DNA of 58,302 nucleotides, the filler included, from Blastocystis sp. subtype 4 (lineage: Eukaryota): assembly GCF_000743755.1 (NCBI RefSeq). It is 2 parts of 2 records of this genome, joined end to end, with 100 filler letters (N's around TTAATTAATTAA, not from the genome) between each part and the next. Parts side by side here need not be neighbours in the genome. Positions count along the whole stretch, not along the records: positions 29,276 to 58,302 come from NW_014569418.1; 1 more part is not named here. One strand, 5' to 3'. How positions within the stretch are numbered: the stretch's first letter is position 1; each line of letters opens with the position of its first letter. The notes beneath the pieces are model-generated. The model was not told the DNA's origin, ran no database searches, and was given only the letters and a program-made list of their open reading frames with translations. The translations under genes and the position numbers were made by a program. Below, one piece after another: positions 49,796 to 58,302 of this stretch.

Positions 49796-49837
49796 CATTG
49801 TAAACAATACTGTATCATATAAATGCGATCTGTTGCT

Positions 49838-50157
49838 TTAATGCTTCTTGGAAACCTCAGCAAGCCAAGCCTCCTTCTCTTCCTTGGCCTCTTTCTTTTC
49901 CTTTATCTGAGTGGCCACTTCCACCATATTAGCACGATCCTTCTACACACTCACCCAAATACGATAATCCCGACTTCCTTTCGGTGATGGAGACACTCCA
50001 CATAATCTTCCTTCAATAGATCACACTTGTACGGATTATCCGTCTGCATCTACAACAGTAACACGATTTCCTCAGGCCAAACCATGCACCTCTCAAAATT
50101 CATCCAGAACTGATAACATCTTCCCTCCGTTCCATGGGAACCGTAACCACTAGACAT
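49838..50157 (-). CDS. NDUFS5: Complex I accessory subunit NDUFS5 (15 kDa, twin CX9C)-like
   Basis: MSSGYGSHGTEGRCYQFWMNFERCM|MQTDNPYKCDLLKEDYVECLHHRKE matches the plant/protist NDUFS5 pattern; two introns. Confidence 0.85.
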
Positions 50158-50341
50158 ATTGTTGAATTGATGAGATTTGGGAATGAGAGAAGAGGCGTAC
50201 AATCCGGGAATTCGAAGACTTTGGCGATGGCACAAATTGTTATTGGATTGGGAATTCCAAAGTGACAGAAATCAGTCTTCGATTGTTCTAAACGAAAAGA
50301 ACGTGATAAGAACAGTTTTAGTAAAATACAACGTGAAGATC

Positions 50342-52536
50342 ATGAGTGATTGTGTGAAAGCTTGTGGAATTGACTTGGGTACGTCGGAAATTGCCGTAGC
50401 TGTAGTGGATTCGAGGAATCCCTTGGGAACAAAACTCGTCTCGAACAAATTATCTAACGAGACGACTCCTGGAGTCCTTAAGTTTTACAGAGAAGTGCGA
50501 TCTATTGGCGAAGATGCAGCTGCGACGGCAACGATGTGTCCACAGAATGTGTACTCTCATTTGCCACTTGTTCTAAAGTGCATGGATTGTATTGGAGAGT
50601 TGCAGGGACGATATCCGGATCTGTGCTTCCAGATGAAGTCGGATGAACAGAAAGGTGTTGTATTTAGTGTTTGCGACGATCCCCTGATATCAGAAATGAG
50701 TATTATGCATGCTGTTTCCATGTTGTTCAACTATGTGTACCAAATTATTGAAAAGAGTTATCCAGAATATGTGAATAAAGTAGTAATTGCTGTTCCTTCA
50801 GGTTTGAGTCCTGTTTGTGTCCGTTTAGTCATTGATGCTGCCCATCTTGCTGGTTTCAAGGAAGTCATTATAACAAATACCGACAAGGCGCAGACATTCA
50901 AGTAGATAAGGTGTTGTAAGGTGATGTTTAGTTATTGTTTCCGTCTGAAGAATTCTCCCGAGTTTCCAGCAGAGGGAGATCGCCATATTCTGTTTGTTGA
51001 TCAAGGAAGTTGTTTCACGGATATGTATGTGGTTCGTGTGAATGGAAGTCAGTGTGAAGTGGTTCACTCTGAGAGCCAGCAATTTGGAGCAAAGGATATT
51101 GATCGCATGCTCTTCAACTACTTTGTGGAAGAGATAGAGAAGAAGCGTGGAGTGACAATTCGTCCTGGAACAAAGCAGGCCATTCGCTTGGCCAATGGCT
51201 GTAAGAAACTGAAGGAGATGTTGAGTTCGGCTTCTCGTGCAAACAATACAGTGGATGGTCTGATTGATGGAGACGAGTATCAACTAGCCCTCACGAGAGC
51301 GCAAATGGAGGTCATTGTGAAGGATCAGATCAAAGCCTTCGAAGAGATGGCACGTGCTTTGCGTGAAGCCTTCTCAGGAACTATTGATGCAGTCGAGATG
51401 ATTGGCGGAGGATGTCGAATCGATTTCATGAAGCGAATTGTGGAAGAAGTGATGGGAATGCCTCTTCGATTCACAGTGGACAGTGCTTCATGTATTGCAA
51501 AGGGTGCTGCTTTGCTGGGAGTCTATGATTCGATTCGAGATACGATAGCCTTGAACAATGAGTGGATGTTGAAAGGTGACAAAGAGAAGGGTGATGAATA
51601 TGAAGTCACAGAGGCATTGGAAATGAAATTGAGAGGACGAGATGAAGAGCAGCAACGTTATGCCGAGGCTCATAATCGGTTTGAAGCGTAAGAATGAATG
51701 AAGGATTTGATTGTAGTCTGCTAGATTCGATGCGAAGAGAGTTGAGTGGTGAATTTGCTTCGAAGTTAGATGAGACAAAGTTAACAAGTATTTTGGATGC
51801 AGAGAAGGAATGGCTATGGTCAGACGGAGAGACATGTGAGACTAAAGTGCTGGAGGAGCGATTAGCGAGTTTGGAGCAGAAGCTACATACAGAATTCAAA
51901 GAGTTTTTTGATGCCAAGGAATCTCATCGACTGGAAGTAGAGAAGCAATTAGAAGAAGAGAGTAAGAAGAATGAGAAGGTAAGAATGAGGGATTGGTATC
52001 ATTGATAGGATTCCAAAGAGGATGTGAAGCTCCCATATTCACAACGAATGGCTCGAGTAGAAGCAAATAAGAAAGAAGGTACAGATCTATTCAAGGATAA
52101 GAATTACACGAATGCTGCTCGTTTCTATGTAAAGAATGAGATTGAAAGTGAGTGATAGAAACAAGCTTTGATTCACTGTACCAAATTCTTCAATTTGTCT
52201 CCAGAACAGAAACAGGCAGTAGCAGATATAGAGAAGGCTCTTCATTTGAATCTGGCTCAATGCTTTATCAAACTGGAGACTTGGGACAAAGCAATTGAGC
52301 ATTGTTCGACAGTGCTAAAAACCGATCCAAAGAATACAAAGGCATTGTATCGTCGAGCACTTTGCTATGATAGATTGAAGGATACAGAGAAATGCTCAGC
52401 TGATTTGCGAATTGTGTTGGAATTGATTCCTGAAGATCCAAGTGTGAAGAGTCTAGCATTACGGAATGAAGCAGAACGAAAGCGTCAGATGCAGAAGCGA
52501 AAAGAAATGGCAAAAAGAATGTTTGGTGGTCATTAG
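50342..52536 (+). CDS. Hsp110/Hsp70-like ATPase domain fused to a C-terminal TPR domain
   Basis: GIDLGTS, VVIAVPSG..AAHLAG, FVDQGS, EMIGGGCRI, SCIAKGAAL; lid region HNRFE..EWLWSDGE; TPR KKEGTDLFK..LHLNLAQCFIK..NTKALYRRA. Confidence 0.85.
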
Positions 52537-52592
52537 TTGATGGGTTGACTATTTGTTACAAACAAGAAATAGCACAAGAATCCTGGATGGAT

Positions 52593-54510
52593 TCATTTAA
52601 AGAGATTACGCATAGCTTCATAGTTCACATTTCGACTGATTTTCTTTGTCTCCACCAAGCGTTTCAAGCCTTCAGCAGCTGTCTTCACAGGATGACGATA
52701 CTGAGTCCGATTCTAAGTATAATCCATGTTCTATGGCCTACATTCACCTTCTTCTTACGCTTTGTCATCTTTGCTCCACGAGCTTCCTTTTCTTTTCGTT
52801 TCTCTTCCTGCTGACGAATCCAATCACCATTTGCTGCTTCCCACAACTCCATTTTCTTCTTCTGTTCTTCTTCACTCAAAAACATCTCTTCTACCTCTGC
52901 ATCATACGCTCCTGCTACTGCCTGCTGAACCTCTGCTTCTTTCGCCGTTACTCCCTCCTTCACCACTTCTCTGTCTTCAGTCTTGTGACTCTCACCTTCC
53001 GCTTCATGTGAAGGTTCTATTAATGTTTGGTCCAACTCATTCATCGTTGTAACTGCTCGTTCTGGTGGCTGTTCTGCTTGTGATGCTGACTGTGACTTTC
53101 CATACAACACAGCCTTCATCTCCTCCTCCAGCTCACGATACAGTGACTCCAGATCTTGCTGCTTCACCAGATTTGTTCGAGATATCTTTTTCTGACGCTG
53201 GAGATGTGATCCTGGAGTGATTGTTCCATTTTCCACTAACGAATGTTCTATTCATAACCAGCTGCCAAAAAACATGCCAATTTCTTCCGATTTGGCTTTT
53301 CCTGATTCTACTAATTGTTGTAACTCCTGTTCATCTTTCAGACGATTTCGAACAAATGCAGGAGGATGTGAAGACATGATACCATCATCTCCTACTGCTT
53401 CGCCACGTTCATCCACAGCAAAGTCATTGGTTTGATCAGCTAATTTATTGAATTCATCCAATGTTAAGGAACCTACAAATAAAAACGAACAGGAAACAAT
53501 ACTAGCAGCAGTAGATTCGAACTCAGCAAGACGGATTCGGAGCGTTTCGTCTGATACTTTGACTACAGATAGAATGTCTTTTTTCGTTCCTAATTGAAAA
53601 CCTCTATTAATACCGTACGACGAAATCCATGAACACGTGCAGCAAGAAGCAAGGCAGCTGCTACAATACCTAACGGTCTACGACCTCGAACTATCCAATC
53701 TCGCTGCATTCTTTTTGTAAGACGTAAAGCGGTTAGTGAGACAGCCTATAAATCACCAAGAAGACAAGAATGAACAGGGAGTTGATCCCCGAATTCCATT
53801 TGAGAAGCAAAGCGATTAATGTAGAGAGAAGGATCAATTGGCTTCACTTTCAAACTACAATTCATTCTTATTCAGTTGTCATACTTCAATTCCGTATTCA
53901 ACTTTGTGTACACTGAACCCAGACTCCAACTATATAAAACGTTTTTCAAGATGAGTACACATCCGTCTGCAGCAAGTCGGCAAAATCAATTAACATTGTA
54001 GGGTTTTTGTTAAATCGACATGCTACGTACAAACAAGCAGCACAGACATGTGTGGCCCTTCGTCCTTGCGTGAAATTCTTATTAACAGCCAAAGCAAACA
54101 CGCGATGGGCAGAATCCACCATGGATTGAAGATTCAATCCAGCAGCAATTTGTGAAATACGCTTTCTACCGTTTGATAAGGTTACTTCTCTTGATTCCCT
54201 GTACCTAGTTGTTACAAGATTCATTAGCACAAACGCATAACGTCCAGAAGATGACATAAAGGATGACGATCCTGTTTCACTCACAATTTGTCCAACAAGT
54301 CTGTTCGTTAGGAAGATCAACACACAACACTTACGATGAGCCGCCTCCATTATCATTGAATTCTACATTGTTTACAATGGGATCTTCGTCGAGTACGCAA
54401 CCGCAAATGGTGCAACTATGCTGAGTACTTCAATCTTCTTCCTACATCGTCTCTCCTCCACCTCCTCCAATATCAAATATTTCATTGTGACAATTGGGGC
54501 AAGTTGGCAT
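52593..54510 (-). CDS. BRF1: TFIIIB subunit BRF1
   Basis: Zinc ribbon MPTCPNC...[69 protein letters not shown]. Confidence 0.93.
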
Positions 54511-55334
54511 TTCGAAAATTGGCAATAGAAGAAAACGGTCCTATTCCTAGTATTCCATTTATTGATCAGAGATGGCGTGGGAGTTTCAACAAGCCGAAGT
54601 CCCCAATACGCCATGTCGCAATCCACATCAAGTCATCAGATTTATGGAATTCCATCAATCATATGGATTGCTGTTGTTCAATGATAGCTTCTGAAGAGTA
54701 TTTGGATTAGGCTGTTCTAGAGATCCTCTCGTCATTCAGACATATTCATTCAATATGGATGTGTGAATGAGTGAGTATGGTGTGTATTGAACACAACAGA
54801 TGTGAATTGAATAGAATGATTGAGATACAAGAATTGGAGTGATTGATTGTGAAGTGTTTTAGACTAACCACAGTTATAAGAGTGAACAGAATATCACATT
54901 CTGATCCTTTCAAGATGAAAATGAGTTGTGATTATCTGAAAGAAGGAATTCTGTGTCAAGTCATCAAACCACATACAATGAATAGAATGAATGAATCGAT
55001 TATCATCATAGATTGACTCCATCTTCAATTATGAGATCAAGTCAGTATCTAGTAACAATAACAACAAATCAAGATTTCCAATGAAATCCCACTGATATCA
55101 AAGAATGATTCTTTGATTCAAATAGTAGTTTTGAATGTTTTAGAGAATGAATATGGAATAGTATCCAATAGGATAAGAGTAGTGGAGATAGATTCGTTTT
55201 CATTGATTCTTTGATAATATGAACGATATCAATTGTGGTTGTAGTTCATGTCTTGAATTCCTTGGTGATTATGAGGTTAAGAGTATTGAAATGAAGAGTG
55301 GTAATGAGTTGAGTGGAGGAGNGAAGAGTATTGG

Positions 55335-57410
55335 ATGAGATTATCAATGAAAGAAGGAAAGAAAGAAGGAGTTAGCATGTTGTTGAGAAAGAATGGAACA
55401 GTGTTTATGAAATTGATGTTTGTGAATGATGAATGTGAAGGAGAAGTGACAAAGAGAAATGAGAATGGTAGTGTAGTATTGAAAGGAAGAGTGTCAAAAG
55501 GAAAGGAAGTTGGAATATGGATAGAATATGATGATGATGGAAATGAGAAATGGAGAGGATTGTATCGAAATGGAAAACGATATTCGATATTGAAGGAAGA
55601 AGAAGGAGTGAAAGGATTCTATTCAGAAATGAGTGTGAATGGAGATTTGTTGAATGTGAGTGAATATGATGATGAATGGAGAAAGAATGGTAAGTGTTTT
55701 GAGTATGAAGGAGGAAGAATGGTTAGAGAATGTGAATACAAGAATGGAATGAAGAAGAGAATGATTCGAGAATTCACTGAAGATGGATTAATGATATTGT
55801 TTGATGATAATGGAATGAGAGTATATGAAGGAGGGTTTGAAGGAGATATGATGAAAGGATTTGTTCGAGAAGGAAGAGGTAAAGAGTTTGGAATTGATGG
55901 GAGTATTGTATGTAGGTGAATGGAAGAATGGGAAGAGAGATGGAACTGGAAGAGAATTGAATGAGAATGGAACAGTTTTGAGAAAAGGAAGATGGATTGA
56001 AGGAGTATATGAAGATGCAATCAAACGATTTGAAGATGGATATGGAAATGATTTGAGTGTATTTGATATTGATTGTTTGAAAGGAATTGAGAGAGTTGAG
56101 ATTGGAAGTGACTGTTTCACGAATGTGACTCTATTTGTGATTGATAGATTGAATGAACTGAGAAGTGTGATCATTGGCAAGAATAGTTGTACACTTGATA
56201 AGAACAGCAAAGAAGGAAGCAAATGTTTGATAATGAATTGTGATCAATTGAGTGAAATCCACATTGGATACATATCATTCGGTTGGTATGAATCATTTGA
56301 ATTGAAAAATCTTCCTTTTCTCATATCCATTCAATTGGATAGTCATTCATTCAAGAATTGTCATAGGATAGTATTTGATAGTATGAATGATTGAATGACT
56401 GATAAATGAGATCTGTTTCAACTTCAATCCATTACTCTTGGATCACAGACTCTATATGGTGATGAAGATACTATTGAAAGGAATGTATTAATAATGAAGA
56501 GTATAAATGATATTGATAATGATTAATCAGATCTTCCATCTTTAACATTAATCAAAGGTATTAGTAACAACTTCACTAACATAGGGAAAGTGATAATAGA
56601 TAGTGATGATTGATGATTGAATTTGAATTAGATATTCCATCACTTACTTCAAATGGAATTCTGATGAGAGGACCATTTGGTAATACAGAAGAATTGAGTT
56701 GTACAAGTAAGATTGATCAGTGTGATGAACAATAGATGATGCTCTTGAATATGTTGTTACAATGAATAGTGTTGTCTTTCCTTCAAGACACTTGCTGTCT
56801 CAACATCGTTCAGTGTTCTGGATATCTAGAATCGATCAGATACAACTCATTACTAATTCAGTTAGACAAATTGTGATTCAAGGATGTGTTGGAAGAGGAA
56901 GCATGTCATTCAATGTCACCAATCTCCCTTCTCTCAGCATTATTGAAATGGGATATGGTCCATTCTGTTTCTGCAATTCAATAGTATTGGAGAGTATGAA
57001 TGATTGAATGAATGATGAATGAGATCTGAATCAACTACAATCCATCATTCTTGGATGGGGGGCTCTTGATGGTGATGATGATACTGTTGAATCGAATGAG
57101 CTGATAATGAAGAGTATGAATGATATTGATTATTGATTGATCAGATCTCTCATCTCTGACTATATTCAAAGGAGATGATTGCAATATCAGATATATAGGC
57201 AAAGTGATATTGGATAGTGATGATTGATGATAGAATTTGACCTAGACATTCCATCACTTTCTTCAAATGGAATCCATTTTAATGACCTATTTGGAAAACC
57301 ATTCAGGAGTGTAACAGAATTGAAGAGTAGGAGTATGACTGATTGATTGATAATAATTGAGATGCTGATTCTCTTGAATACTACATTCGACAGAAGAGTA
57401 AATACCTATG
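55335..57410 (+). CDS. MORN-repeat plus LRR-like repeat protein, with a frameshift at ~55905-55915 (pseudogene or sequence error)
   Basis: MORN-like units (YEGGFEGDMMKGFVREGRGKEF, YVGEWKNGKRDGTGRELNENG), then repeats such as LRSVIIG, LSEIHIG, NLPFLISIQL and NLPSLSIIEMG. Eight phase-1 introns of 29-31 nt. TGA at 57408-57410. Confidence 0.65.
56381..57410 (+). repeat. Diverged direct duplication of a four-intron exon cassette (~56381-56760 and ~56994-57385)
   Basis: Introns and exons align pairwise, e.g. gtatgaatgattgaatga..atgag / ATCTG..CAACT.CAATCCAT and gtgatgattgatgat.gaatttga..tag / A.ATTCCATCACTT.CTTCAAATGGAAT. Confidence 0.85.
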
Positions 57411-58302
57411 ATATAAGAGGAATACTGGGGTGTTTATTAGCAATGAACATAAGGATGAGATTTGTTGTTAGCGGTAGTAGGTAGTTGATGTATACCACGT
57501 ACAAATAGGAATTAGACAAACCTTTGACAACATGGGCCTCCAACCGTATGAGCTAAACAGCGAAATGACAAGAATGGAATGCGCTCTTTACTATTTCGAG
57601 CCAAATTAGTAAATGATTGACAGCAACAAGTTTGAGCGTTTGAATGTGAAACAGATGAAAATGATTGATAAGAATGAACGAATATCTCTGTTTGATTTGT
57701 GCAGAAAACAGATATAACTGAAATGATAGTTATTAGAACAAATGATAATAATAAGGGATTCAGATAAATGAAAGTGAATGTGGAGTGAAATGAATGAAAT
57801 GGGGTAATGGGGTAATTGGGGATCTGAATTGTGGTATGAATGAAATGAATGTCATTGCGCTGTGATGCAACTGTATGAGTAACACAGAATTGATAGTGTT
57901 TGATTGTGATATTGGATTTGATGAAAGGATAATGGATAATACGAGTGAATGATTGAAAGAATGTGATAATTGATATGTTTGTTGTAGTTATGATTGTTTG
58001 AAAGCAGTGAGTTTGATATGGAATTGTATGTGTTGATTGGTAATAGACATGATATGAGAATAGAGATGATTCCCGCGGTTTGAATGATATCAAATCATGG
58101 AGTATTTCTGGAATTGTTAGAATATGAGATTGATGAATTGAATTGATTCCCGTGAATTAGGAATAGGTAATGTTGAATGATCATATTCATTTCTTAATTG
58201 ATGAATGAGTGATGATAAGAGAATGAAAGTAGATAATGTTGAATCAATATCAAAGAAGATGAATGGAGTAGAATGGAGAATGAAGTGGAAAGAGTACTTG
58301 AA

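Larger units (their letters stand above)
54730..58302. repeat. Compositionally distinct AT-rich, C-poor (+ strand) low-complexity block rich in GAAT/TGAT words
   Basis: Abrupt change in word usage shortly upstream of BRF1; no housekeeping genes in the block. Confidence 0.6.

Noticed and set aside
49798..49809. ATTGTAAACAAT as a fourth bidirectional 3' element
   Set aside because: Both halves are too far from TGTTTGTT to support it without transcript data.
1..54510. Fragmented ORFs suggesting pseudogenes, stop-codon reassignment or programmed frameshifts
   Set aside because: The breaks are explained by ~30-nt GT-AG introns, and the standard code gives conserved proteins. The exceptions (RPL6, MORN gene) are listed as findings.
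6269..54510. Pol III-related genes (SNAPC4-like, BRF1, a C2H2 protein beside a tRNA) as a functional cluster
   Set aside because: They are scattered among unrelated genes, and nothing specifically identifies the C2H2 protein as TFIIIA.
56381..57410. CRISPR-like or transposon interpretation of the repeats
   Set aside because: The repeated units are introns and exons of one gene. There are no identical repeats with spacers, no terminal repeats and no transposase or reverse-transcriptase motifs.
55619..58093. Minus-strand ORFs of 133-193 aa in the terminal block
   Set aside because: They are shadows of the strand-biased composition, giving Ser/Phe/Ile/His-rich translations with no domain signal.

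Overview
This is eukaryotic nuclear DNA, very probably from a Blastocystis species (anaerobic gut stramenopile). That assignment is inferred from the dense gene packing, the many 29-37 nt GT-AG introns and a TGTTTGTT motif at most gene 3' ends. The window holds about 26 protein-coding genes and two tRNA genes (Cys-GCA, Arg-ACG). Recognisable genes include CCT6, a PiT phosphate transporter, MetRS, a SNAPC4-like Myb protein, RPL6, COG2, Trm3/TARBP1, NAA25, PP4R3/SMEK, RABL6, TBCA, ELOF1, DUSP12, Piezo, NDUFS5, an Hsp110-TPR fusion and BRF1. There is also an artificial scaffold gap and a terminal ~3.5 kb low-complexity block with a MORN/repeat gene. Main signals: (1) five genes have no in-frame stop before the TGTTTGTT-type motif, and in each a codon-initial T lies exactly 5 nt upstream of it. 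This fits stop codons created by polyadenylation, which is already described for Blastocystis. (2) Three convergent gene pairs share one 15-16 bp back-to-back, near-palindromic 3'-end element. (3) The Piezo channel carries an inserted FN3-like domain. (4) An Hsp110-like protein lacks the substrate-binding beta-sandwich and is fused to a TPR domain. (5) Three dehydrogenase-fold proteins have degenerate catalytic motifs. Gene models were spliced by eye, so some exon edges and starts are approximate.
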